Of a DNA stretch of 31,632 nt, positions 1 to 11,032 are shown piece after piece. The stretch covers positions 1-31,632 of the forward strand of contig NW_021832288.1 in the NCBI RefSeq assembly GCF_006345805.1. The letters run 5' to 3'. The notes under the pieces were generated by a model. It saw only the letters and a list, made by a program, of their open reading frames with translations, made no database searches and was not told where the DNA came from. Positions within the stretch are counted from its first letter, which is position 1. Every line of letters starts with the position of its first letter. Origin of the DNA: Octopus sinensis. Its lineage: Eukaryota. A program made the position numbers and the translations under genes.

Positions 1-99
1 AGAAGAAGAAGAAGAAGAAGAGGAGAAGGAGAAGGAGAAGAAGAAGAAGAAGAAGAAGACGCTACCATTAATATATCCCAATTGTAAGTAAAGCGTATG

Positions 100-670
100 A
101 ATCTGATGGAGTGAGTCGATATATAGGTCTGTCTTATCGACTGGATTTATTGAACTGTTTTAGTGATTGGTTTTATGATACTTCTATATCAGCAGAATAC
201 ATTGTTACTGTAGCTGGATTCACCTATCGATTACATCCAGACTACTCTGTGTCTCGGGGATCATCTGTTGTAAACGTACGCTATGATCTACTCCAGTATT
301 CGGATTAAGTGCTCCATTATAATCAATGACTAGAATCCCGTACAGTGACTGAATTTATTGATCTGTCGTAACCATGGACTACCATCTGCTGCATTGACTG
401 GATTTGTCGATCTGTGATAACCATAGACTGTAATCTGTTACAGTGACTGGATGAATCGATCTGTCGTATCCATAAAGCACATTCTGATACAGTGATTGGA
501 TCTATCGATCTGTTGTATCCACAAAACACATTTTGATGCAGTGATTGGATGTATCGATCTGTTATGTGACAGACTCTACATCCTCTTATGGTGACTGATT
601 ATATCGATCTATTATAAACGCTGACTGCTTTCCGATACGCTAATTGGAAACATTGATCTGTTGTAATCAA
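100..670. repeat. Degenerate 49-bp tandem array
   Basis: GATCTG-like anchors at 262, 311, 360, 409, 458, 507, 556, 606 and 655; core CAGTGATTGGATnTATCGATCTGTTGTA; looser units upstream. Confidence 0.85.
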
Positions 671-759
671 AAATTCTGTTGCTAGAGTGCTTCCATATAT
701 TCAAACGCCTTACGTTTACATCGTCGTAAGTTGGGATTTTCAAGTAATAATTTTTTCTT

Positions 760-945
760 CTAATATCTCACAATCCCTGGAATTTGGGGGTAGGGAGCTA
801 GTCGATTACATCCATCCCCGTGCTTAATTAGTTTTAATCTTAACGACCCCGAAGGGGATTAAAGGCAATTTTGGCCCCGGTGGAATTTGAACTCAGAGCA
901 TAAAGATTTTGAAGAAATGCGCTAAGCATTTTGTCCAGAACAATT
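760..945 (-). mobile_element. SINE, second family, diverged
   Basis: GCTAGTCGATTACATC...ACGACCCCGAAGGGGATTAAAGGCAA...GGAATTTGAACTCAGA...GCTAAGCATTTTGTCC. Confidence 0.72.
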
Positions 946-1063
946 CACGAATGGAATGCCTTAGACAGAACAATCCAGAAATATCTAGAATAATCTAGAA
1001 CTGTGAAACAGTTAAGTAGACTCCATTACGCTCCACAGCAATTGAGAACATTCCAGAACAGAA

Positions 1064-1100
<37 letters not shown>

Positions 1101-1109
<9 letters not shown>

Positions 1110-1212
1110 AATAAAAAAACATAAAAATAAACACGCTTTTGACAGTTTTATAGATATTTCAAAATTATGATGCTATGATGCTAGGTGTTTCCATTATTTT
1201 GTCCAACCCCTG
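1101..1212 (-). mobile_element. Isolated terminal inverted repeat of the same Tc1 family
   Basis: Reverse complement reads CAGGGGTTGGACAAAATAATGGAAACACCTAGCATCATAGCATCATAATTTTGAAATATCTATAAAAC..., roughly 85-88% identical by eye to 1241-1350. Confidence 0.85.
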
Positions 1213-1240
1213 TGTGTGTGTGTATATATATATATATACA

Positions 1241-1999
1241 TAGGGGTTGGACAAAATAATGGAAACACCTAACATCATGACATCATAATTTAGGAATATC
1301 TATAAAACAGCCAAAAGTTTGATTATTTTTATGTTTTGATTTATTATTAGTGTTCCTTAATATGTTTTGTTAAATTTGTTGTTTCTTTTCACATATCATC
1401 AGAAAAAGGTAACTAAAATTCATTAAAATGACAGGTCTATCGGACTTTCAAAGACGTCAAATTGTTGGTGCTCGTATGGCAGGCGCTAGCATAGCGAAAA
1501 CATCCGAAATGTTTGGTGTATCAAGAAGTACTATCTCGAAAGTAATGACAGCTTTTGAGAAAGAGGGAAAAACCTCCTTGTCAAAACAAAATTCCGGAAG
1601 CAAACCAAAACTTTCAGGTAGGGAACGTCGAACGCTTACGCAAATTGTTAGAAAGGATCACAAAAGTACAGCTCACAAAATTACTGCAGAGCTTAATCAC
1701 TACCTCAGGTATCCAGTTTCCACAAAAATTGTTTGCCGGGAGCTGCACAAAGCCGGATTTCATGGGAGGGCTGCAATCAGTGAACCACTACTTTCAAAAA
1801 CAAACGTTGCAGAGCGTTTAGAGTGGAGTAAAAACCTACAGAATTGGTCCCTAGAGCAGTGGAAGAATGTTATTTTCTCGGATGAGTCATCCTTTACCTT
1901 AATTCCGACCACCAGTCGAGTATACTTGTGGAGACAGCCAAAAGAAACATTTGACCCGCACTGCCTTCTCCAACTGTTAAACGTGGAGGACGATCTGTG
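1241..1999 (+). mobile_element. Tc1/mariner DNA transposon, left end plus 3'-truncated transposase
   Basis: Terminus (C/T)AGGGGTTGGACAAAATAATGGAAACACCT after a TA run. ORF 1428-2000 has a paired-like HTH (LSDFQRRQIVG...SIAKTSEMFGVSRSTISKV) and WKNVIFSDESSF (first catalytic D). Homology stops at 1999, before the remaining D and E. Confidence 0.92.
1428..1999 (+). pseudogene. Tc1-family transposase pseudogene (frameshift near 1970, truncated)
   Basis: A shifted frame from 1970 reads PTVKRGGRSV, matching the conserved PTVKHGGGSV motif; the DDE triad is incomplete. Confidence 0.9.
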
Positions 2000-2330
2000 A
2001 CTTTAAATAAAACCCTTGATTCAATAGCACTGTGTAAAAACTCTGTACTTGGAATGACCAATTTTAAATACTATAGGATTTTACTCACAAGGTATTGGAA
2101 TCTTATATGTACACAATTCTGCCTAAATAATGGAACTACAAATACAATATCCCTGCATATCTCACATCTATTTTCATTCCTCCACCTCACTCTCTATTTT
2201 GTATCTTATCTAAATTAACTATTGCTTGACCATTTTCTCACACCGTCTCCGATGAAGGGATAAAATAAATATACTGGAAACAGCTATAAGACCTATTAAT
2301 AAATGTTCTAAAATCTTCACAGCCTTGGTT
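2000..2330 (+). mobile_element. Probable 3' end/pLTR fragment of a Penelope-like element with a decayed hammerhead motif
   Basis: GTCT-CCGATGA-A-GGGATA..TATACT-G-GAA-ACAGCTAT-A-AGAC at 2245-2292. A weak decayed reading HCVKTLYLE*PILNTIGF upstream resembles the end of a GIY-YIG ORF. Confidence 0.45.
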
Positions 2331-2354
2331 TTTTTATCTCATTCTGAAAAAATT

Positions 2355-2369
2355 TATATATATATATAT

Positions 2370-2444
<75 letters not shown>

Positions 2445-2573
2445 TCGACAAAGGAAAGAATTGCACTCAACAAATTTATTGAGAGTTACCTGTATGGAAC
2501 AAAAGTGGGATTCATATTCATTGGTACTCTTGAGTTTCAAGCATGATGCTAGTCGTCAGTCAGCCATTTTGAA

Positions 2574-2652
<79 letters not shown>

Positions 2653-2711
2653 AGTATAGATAGATAGATAGATAGAAGATAGATAGATAGATAGTAGATA
2701 GATAGAAAGAT

Positions 2712-2803
<92 letters not shown>

Positions 2804-2837
2804 TATATATGTATGCGTGTATGTATGTATGTATGTA
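2355..2837. repeat. (TA)n, (TAGA)n and (TATG)n microsatellites
   Basis: Directly visible; source of the IY/YLSI pseudo-ORFs. Confidence 0.95.
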
Positions 2838-3164
2838 TAATAATAAAACGTTCTTGGTACAGTAGAGTACATTTGAAAAAATGACTAGTGATGGCTTTTG
2901 GGTGGATAATTTTTATTTTATTGATACTGTTTACAGTTACTCTGAGCTTTTCCATAGCCGTTTCTAACTGAAGTTCTGTGGTTTAGAAGACTGTTTATAT
3001 ACCAACAGATCTTTTTTCCTAAAAGTATACAAATAGGAAATAAAGTAGAAAATAAAGATAGTAAATAATTAAAATACAATTTTTTTTTTCTTTGATATCT
3101 TCGGTTTTGTATTTTGTATTTTTATTTTTTACTTGTATACTTGTAAGAAAAACTCTTTTGCTAT

Positions 3165-3381
3165 ACGGATGAGAATGAATTGTGTAATGCAGTCATTCTA
3201 TTGTTCCAGTCCCAAGTTGAATCCCAACTGTTGGGTCAGTTTGTCCCCAAGTTCTTATCTCGACGTAAAATTAAGGAAGCGAATGTCATTCATTTCCTGC
3301 TTGATCTCTGACGTCATCTGGCAAACGCCAACCAAGATGGCGTGAATCAGCCAAGCTTTATCTGCTGAAAATAGCCGCTCA
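3165..3381 (+). repeat. 217-bp segment, inverted copy at 10363-10579
   Basis: Two mismatches seen by eye between the copies. Confidence 0.92.
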
Positions 3382-3448
3382 ATGAAGAACCTTCTAAACT
3401 ACACACACACACATGAGTCAGATGTCCTATTATGGTCATCTCTTATGT

Positions 3449-3750
<302 letters not shown>

Positions 3751-3754
<4 letters not shown>

Positions 3755-3969
3755 AGAAATGGCCATAATAGGACATCTGACTCACTAGAAAGAGCAGTTA
3801 AACTCCAAACCACTAATAGTTGCAATTCTGAAGGGGAATGAGAAACAGGGTAAACGTTTTTATTTCTTATTCCTTTTCGGAATTGCAACTATTAGTGGTT
3901 TGGAGTTCAACTGCTCTTTCTAGTGAGTCAGATGTCCTATTATGGTCATCTCTTATGTGTTTAAATGTA
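3751..3969. mobile_element. Hairpin MITE, about 220 bp
   Basis: Arms CATAAGAAATGGCCATAATAGGACATCTGACTCACTAGAAAGAGCAGTT...GCAATTC and reverse complement, with a spacer of about 30 bp; extra terminal fragments at 3414-3453 and 4098-4143. Confidence 0.82.
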
Positions 3970-4224
3970 TATATATAATTAATTAATAAATCTTAGGGTA
4001 GCAAAAAAAATTTTAGAAAAATCCTTTGCTACCAGTGGTCTAGCGAGAAGGAAAAATTAGTCAATAGACTATATATTATTCATAGAAGAATACAGTGTAC
4101 ATTTAAACACATAAGAGATGACCATAAAAGGACATCTGACTCATGTATATATACATGTATCACCATGCTTGACAGCTAGACCCACAGGTTCTTTTATATA
4201 CTCTCTGTTTATTTTCTCGTATTC

Positions 4225-4260
4225 CTTTCTGTTGCAGAGCGCAGGCTCGAAACGTAAAAG
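4225..4260 (+). ncRNA. Hammerhead-like motif with variant core, in a probable pLTR fragment (about 4195-4350)
   Basis: CTTT CTGTTGC A GAGC-GCAG-GCTC GAA ACGT A AAAG; stems I and II are perfect 4 bp; core deviates from CUGANGA. Confidence 0.55.
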
Positions 4261-4361
4261 ACTTTCTCAGTTTCCCAAACGTCAAACTAATACACCTGCT
4301 TGTTGTTCATACACCTGTCTTCGTCTTTCGTTTTTCTTTAAAGTTTAACTATATCTATCTA

Positions 4362-4447
<86 letters not shown>

Positions 4448-5078
4448 TATATAACCACTACAGTATACGACCACTATATCGCTCCACCACCGCTCATGTC
4501 TCTCTGAGACATTTAGAAATTCAATATTTCTAATTTCGGTGATCAGTAAATAATGTAGAAATGTAATGTAGAAATGTAATGCTCTATGACTCACGTGGGT
4601 GGACAGGGAGAATAATAGATCTCATTCGTATTTTTGGATTCGCTAGTACTGGGTGTCTGGCATGGTTTGTCCGATGTTACAGATATCGGACGGGTATGTT
4701 TGATTCTTAGTATTTTCAAATCTAAATCAGAAGAAATCTCTGAGCTGATGAAGGAAAAGTGGCGTTTTACCCACAAATCCAGAAACAGACTGTCCTCGGG
4801 TATCGTATATGGATGTGATCTTTCATTGTTTTTCCCTTATACCTATGTGAGTTATTTTCTGAGTATGCATTGTGTGGAGACTTTTATTTGCAGTTGAAGA
4901 AATAGCCAAATTTTTGGCTGCTATTTCTGAAAAGTTCGGTGTGTGGTAAAGTGAATTTTTTTACTTTACCATATTTTTATAAATTAATACTTCAAATATA
5001 CCGTAAATGGTCTTTACATACCGAATACTGCTTGGTCGAATTTATTAACAATTAATTAATTCTACCCCTTTTTTGATG

Positions 5079-5150
<72 letters not shown>

Positions 5151-5152
<2 letters not shown>

Positions 5153-5656
5153 TAAATAAATGGTATAACGAAGCACCGATATTTACTGGAAAATAGCGAG
5201 CGTAATAAATACGACGCTAATGTATAGCTTCACTGCGTATGTACTAGTAAAGATGCGTGTGTGCAACAAACATGAAAAAAATTGTCTTACCTCTAGGAAG
5301 AACATCTGAAAAATGAAAAACCTAGATAACGGATAATGCAGTACCGGTTTCGGATTTTTCAAAATACGCTTGCCAAACGTATATTTGATTTATCTTCATC
5401 AGCTGCATAAACCTCGACGATATTTCAAATGTTGCCACATCTCTGCCAGTACACTCGTCTGAACGCCAAAATGTTAACAGAACGAGAACAGTGAAGAAGT
5501 TTCAATGAAAATAGTAATGCAATACGAAGGTATTGCTTTCCAGTAAAGGATAGCCCGTGAGGGTAAAATTATTCCTAAAAGTAAATAAATAGTACAACGA
5601 AGCATCGATATTTACTGGAAAATAGCGAACGTAATAAATACGACGCTAATGTATAG
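5151..5656 (+). repeat. Pair of 77-bp direct repeats (5151-5227 and 5580-5656)
   Basis: AGTAAATAAAT(G/A)GTA(T/C)AACGAAGCA(C/T)CGATATTTACTGGAAAATAGCGA(G/A)CGTAATAAATACGACGCTAATGTATAG, four mismatches. Confidence 0.88.
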
Positions 5657-5870
5657 AGGACATTTATCTGTAAAGTAATATGTGACAATTATACGGTAGC
5701 CAAGATAAAACTCAGAGTTTCGGATGCCGAGGTGGAAATCTCTTCGGTAATCTGGCCATCTCACCGAAGAGATGGTGTTGTGGATTCCCACCTCGGCATC
5801 CGAAACTCAGAGTTTTATCTTGGCTACCGAATAATTGTCACATATTATTTTACAGATAAATTTCCTCTAT
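5653..5870. mobile_element. Hairpin MITE, about 218 bp
   Basis: Arms of about 87 bp (ATAGAGGACATTTATCTGTAAA...GAGGTGGAAATC and its reverse complement) with few mismatches, plus an inner TCTTCGGT/ACCGAAGA stem. Confidence 0.85.
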
Positions 5871-5929
5871 TTACATAATATCAAGGTCTCTTTCATTCTT
5901 TTGTTGTCTTACCGTTTTTACCAATATAT

Positions 5930-6354
5930 ATATATATATATATATATGTGTATGTATATATATACATACATATATATATATATATATATACATACATATA
6001 TATATATATATATATCTATATATATATACATACGAGAGAGACAGACAGACAGAGAACATATGTAGGTTTATGCGTGTGTATACATGTATACGTATATGTA
6101 TATATATACATACATATATATATATATATTATATATGTATATATGTCTATATATATATGTGTATGTATGTATATGTATGTATATATACCCACAAATATAC
6201 GTATATATATATATATATATCTGTGTGTGTGTGCACGTGTGTGCGTGTGTGTCTGTGTGCGTGCGTGTTTTTGTCAATACGCATGCGTACACTTACGAGT
6301 TCTTGTTTCGGCATATATGGTTTGCGCATGTCAATATGCTGCGGGTGCATGTAA

Positions 6355-6389
<35 letters not shown>

Positions 6390-6787
6390 TGTACGTGTGT
6401 GTGTTTGTACATTTATGTCCCTCGCCGGTTTTCATTTTCGCGTCAGTCTATACGTGTGTGCGGGTGTTCCCTAATGTGTGCATGTGCTTGCATTATGTGT
6501 GCGTGCATGCGTGTTAGTGCATGTGAGTGCATTTTGCTCCCACAAATTAATCGCCCTTATCTCGGTCCCACGGTACGTTCCAGCGCGCGTAACAAGTTTG
6601 GAAGACGGAGATGAAAGAAGTGTGTGTATGTGCATTCATGCATGTATGGAAGTATGTATGTATGTGTGCATTCATGCCATATGTATATTTATCCATCCAT
6701 GTGTGTGTATATATATATTATATATACGTATACATGTATACACACGCATAAACCTACATATGTTCTCTGTCTGTCTGTCTCTCTCTG

Positions 6788-6836
<49 letters not shown>

Positions 6837-6885
6837 ATGTATATATATATATATGTATGTATATATATACATATATATATATATA
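5930..6885. repeat. Local inverted duplication within compound microsatellite
   Basis: 6034-6097 is the exact reverse complement of 6722-6785; flanking TA/TATG patterns also mirror. Confidence 0.8.
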
Positions 6886-6917
6886 ATGTATGTTCACACA
6901 CACACGCAGAAGCATAA

Positions 6918-6956
<39 letters not shown>

Positions 6957-7264
6957 TATATGTATATATATAGCTGTGTGTGTGTGTGTGTGTGCATGCG
7001 CCCATCGTGTAGAGAGGTGTGCGCTCACATACGAACACACACATGCATAGAGTGGGATGCGGCAGCTATTGTGAAAGGTGCATGTATATTTAATGAGTGG
7101 AACTGAGCAAATGTGTTGGCCCCTGTCAACGACAAACTCGCTCGTAGCCCCGGGAGACATTCAAACATTACACGCATTTAGGACCGGGATTAGAGTCTTT
7201 TCAAATATTTATTATTTAAAAACCCTCCAATGACTGACTGTAGGAACATGTTAAAATATAGGTG

Positions 7265-7725
7265 GACGTGTGTGTGTGTGTGCGTACGTGTGTGTGTGTG
7301 TGTGCGTACGCTGTGTGGTGTGCGTGTGTGTGTGTGAGCATACTTGTTTATCTAAGTGTGTGCATGATTGGGCCTGTACATATACAAGCATGTGTGTGTC
7401 GTGTATGTGTCGATGTTGAACACACACACACATACATATATATGCATATAGAAGTATATATACATATATATATGCATATATATATATATGTGCATACATC
7501 ATATATACATATGCATATATATATGTCGTATATATATATTATATATATTTCAGCCATATATATATGTATATATATAATATACACACATATATATATACAC
7601 ATACATGCACACACACACACACACACACATAGTGTTTTGGTATTCAGACGTAACACTTGCACACATGCCTGTGTACTGCATGTATGATTGTGTGTACATA
7701 TCTGTATGCATGTGTGTGTGTGTGT

Positions 7726-7791
<66 letters not shown>

Positions 7792-7860
7792 ATTCGTGTA
7801 TGCGTCCGCGTGTGTGAATGCATATGCATGTGTGTATGTGTGTGTGTGTGTGTCTATGCG
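7265..7860. repeat. Compound (TG)/(TA)/(CA)/(TC) microsatellite block
   Basis: Directly visible. Confidence 0.92.
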
Positions 7861-8264
7861 TTTAATGCTTGTTTTATTGCGTGAATATATTGTATTATTT
7901 GCAGGAAATAGAGGCAATGGTGCCGCCGGTGCCGCCGGTGCCGTCGGTGGCGTCGGTGGCGTGGTGGTGGTGGTGGTGGTGGTGGTGGTGGTAGAACTGC
8001 GGTTGAAGGTTGTTTACGAGACCAGAGCTGCCACTCCTCTTCTCCGCCCCCTCCCTCTCTTCCAGCCTTAACCCATCAACTGCCCCCCACCCATAACTCC
8101 ACCCCGTACCTTCCCTTCTTGTTTATTTATTTTCCTGCTGCTGTTGTTGTTGTTGTTGTTCCTATCTGTTTTATCTCAAACTCTTCTCCATAACTTCCCG
8201 TCACTCATCCAATGTTTCGTTTTTATAATTTATCTTTGTAATGTTCTGTTTTCTATCGCCCTTG

Positions 8265-8489
8265 TGGCAAATAACGAATGATATCATCAACGTCATCATC
8301 ATCAGAAAGTTGGTTCGCCGATCAAAACGCACTGCCGCGTTTCGTGCGGCATCGCTTTCTGAGTTCTAATCCCGTCGAGGTCGACATCGTCCTTCATCCT
8401 TTCGGAAATGATAAACTAAATACCAGTCGAGTACTGGGGTCGATGTAATCGACTTGCCCTCCCTTCAGTTGCTAGCCATATGCCAAAAT

Positions 8490-8493
<4 letters not shown>
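8265..8493 (+). mobile_element. SINE, second family, diverged
   Basis: GAGTTCTAATCCCGTCGAGGTCGAC...CCTTCATCCTTTCGG...TACCAGTCGAGTACTGGGGTCGATGTAATCGAC; tail runs into (AGT)n. Confidence 0.75.
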
Positions 8494-8544
<51 letters not shown>

Positions 8545-8584
8545 TAGTAGTAGTAGTAGTAGTTGCAGCAGCAGCAGCAGCGGC

Positions 8585-8622
<38 letters not shown>

Positions 8623-8658
8623 CAGCGGCAGTAGTAGTAGTAGTGGTGGTGGTGGTGT

Positions 8659-8699
<41 letters not shown>

Positions 8700-8702
8700 A
8701 CT

Positions 8703-8751
<49 letters not shown>

Positions 8752-8767
8752 CAGCAGCAGCAGTAGT
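8494..8767. repeat. (AGT)n microsatellite with (AGC)n and (GGT)n interruptions
   Basis: Directly visible; yields poly-V/S/T pseudo-ORFs. Confidence 0.95.
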
Positions 8768-8938
8768 AAGGTTCAAAATCGTTAGAGCGTCAGGAAAATG
8801 CTTGGGCTATTGACATTCACCGAAATCAACTTTGCTTTTAACTTCCTCTGGAGTCGATATAATATGCTACCAGTCAAGTACTGGGATCGATTTAATCGAT
8901 CAACCCTTACTCTTCAAATTTTACTGGCGTTGTGTCGT
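8768..8938 (+). mobile_element. SINE, second family, degenerate
   Basis: AATCGTTAGAGCGTCAGGAAAATGCTTGG...TACCAGTCAAGTACTGGGATCGATTTAATCGA. Confidence 0.6.
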
Positions 8939-8939
8939 G

Positions 8940-9430
8940 CCAACTGGAATCCTGCCAGGTGCTCACCGCCCTGCATCAGTCGGGTGAGGCGAATAGTAAA
9001 ATCTTCACTATTTTGAAACCTCGTGGTCAGTAAGAACGATAACATTCTCAAGGGAGCAAACTAGTCTGTTTCGGGGGACTCTGGGGCCGGTGTTTACTAT
9101 GGATAATTTCCTGTGATCTACGGCCAGTATGCGTTACGAAAGGGGCGTTGCCAATCCGAGATAAACTCTAGATGCTCGGAAAGTGCTGCTAGACGAGAGA
9201 CCGTCCGGTATGCACCCAGAGCAACCAGACTGTTCTGCACACTCTGACCTAGTCTCCGAGCATTGCCGAGTTATGCCGAACACCTGTTGTCATTCAAAGG
9301 ACAGACCTGGCTGTCAGCTGGGAAGATCGTCTCGCCGTTTTTCTTTGGCTGGAATTGACAGGTGGATTTTATCTGTTTGCTGGCGATGGCGAAAGGGTTG
9401 AGTGATGGGCAACACAGAAAGAACTGAGGA
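8940..9430 (+). mobile_element. Decayed Tx1/L1-clade LINE, ORF2 C-terminal zinc-finger region
   Basis: Fragments SLFRGTLGPVFTMDNF / KGALPIRDKL*MLGKCC*TRDRPVCTQSNQTVLHTLT*SPSIAEL / ICLLAMAKG fit the GALP...C-x2-C...ETVxH...C pattern, with losses. Confidence 0.62.
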
Positions 9431-10362
9431 CGGATATTTTATTTTATTTCAGTTACAATATGTGTGGTAAATAATGAGGATTGTCAGCCCAGAAATATGT
9501 TTGAGCATTGGTCTCCTGGATCAAAGCTGGAATGAAGTTAAACAGGATGGTCACCATAGGAATGTCTTTGATCATTGGTCTCCTGTATGAAGACTAAATA
9601 ATGATGCTGAACAAGAAAATGGAAGTTTTATTTTTAATAAATAATTACTCGAACAACTTGTCAGTAATTAGCTTAGTCGTCAATATCATTGACGTAATTA
9701 CTAATTAATCATTAAAACCACCGAGTTAATTGCTAAATAACACAATATCACAGTCTCTCCTCTTACGCTGCTATAATATTGAGATTGAGAAATGGTTGTA
9801 GGAACTCTTAGATTCCATCCGCTGCCTTACAACTCATCCAGACATGCTTCAAATGTCTTTGGAACCAGCATGAATGTTACCACATCATACGACACCCTCT
9901 TACTCAGTAATGTCTACTTGGCTGAAATTTCACATCTATTAAATTCATATCTGGTTAGAAGTATGTATTGAGATACCTGATTTTATTGAGAAGTGAATGA
10001 ATCTCACCACATCTCATTCCTTTCTCAGCTCGCTATTAGATCTGAAATTTCTCCTTTATATGGAGAAAAGGTTCAACAATATTTTCAAACAATGTTTTCA
10101 ATAGTGATTTGTCGAATGAGTAAAGTTCATGATCCGGTTTTGATTCCTGCCAGACACCAGATCCTTTCACTCACTCTTCATTGAGAAAGTTGTGAATCGT
10201 CTTACTTATTATTATTATAAAAGTGAAATTATGTCTGTCCGTCTGGGACAGCCTGTATCTCAGTTTACATTTCCTCTACGTAGACGTATTATACCTTTTT
10301 GGTATCAGGATAATCCCGGGCTTGAAAATCTGCCCTTCATTTGGTTCTTGAACATCCAGCAC

Positions 10363-10579
10363 TGAGCGGCTATTTTCAGCAGATAAAGCTTGGCTGATTC
10401 ACGCCATCTTGGTTGGCGTTTGCCAGATGACGTCAGAGATCAAGCAGGAAATGAATGACATTCGCTTCCTTAATTTTACGTCGAGATAAGAACTTGGGGA
10501 CAAACTGACCCAACAGTTCGGATTCGACTTGGGACTGGAACAATAGAATGACTGCATTACACAATTCATTCTCATCCGT
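10363..10579 (-). repeat. 217-bp segment, inverted copy of 3165-3381
   Basis: Reverse complement of 3165-3381. Confidence 0.92.
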
Positions 10580-10850
10580 CCTTAACCTCTGATCAAACAC
10601 CACCAGGGCATATAGTCATTATAGGCGTATTATAATCATGCTATTTAGTTCTCTATAGTTTGGGGCCGCAGGTTCAATTAGCCCTCCACAGGCGTTAATT
10701 TAAAAGTCCGCACGAACTGCAGCTTTTAAGCTAGTCTTTTATAAAATTACGATTACTCAATACCAAGCGAAAGAGAATACAAATGAACAGGTCTTAGTGT
10801 AATCTCATGGAAGACAATGAACCAAACTTTCGATAGAATTTCGACTTTCA

Positions 10851-11032
10851 GGCGGTGAGCTGGCAGAAACGTTAGTTCAAATTCTGCTGAGATCGACTTT
10901 GCCTTTCATCCTTTCGGAATTGATAAATTAAGTACCAGTTACGCACTGGGGTCGATGTAATCGACTTAATCCTTTTGTCTGCCCTTGTTTGTCCCCTCTA
11001 TGTTTAGCCCCTTGTGGGCAATAAAGAAATAG
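10851..11032 (+). mobile_element. tRNA-derived SINE, second family (CCTTTCATCCTTTCGG...AGTACCAG...GGGGTCGATGTAATCGAC body), internal deletion in head
   Basis: GGCGGTGAGCTGGCAGAAACGTTAG joined directly to TTCAAATTCTGC; homologous to 26466-26697. Confidence 0.82.

Noticed and set aside
100-670. CRISPR-like array
   Set aside because: Eukaryotic context, no cas genes, degenerate repeats and partly homologous inter-core segments.
4500-4545. CTGAGA followed by an 8-bp hairpin TTAGAAAT/ATTTCTAA
   Set aside because: No GAAA box or stem I partner.
4634-4897. 87-aa plus-strand ORF
   Set aside because: No recognisable domain or splice signals.
9750-10200. Minus-strand decayed reading containing GSGW
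   Set aside because: A single short motif among stops is insufficient for a Polinton-type or other assignment.
10205-10330. Helitron-like 5' start (ATTATAAAAGTGAA...GTCTGTCCGTCTG)
   Set aside because: No 3' hairpin or CTRR end found; resemblance only.
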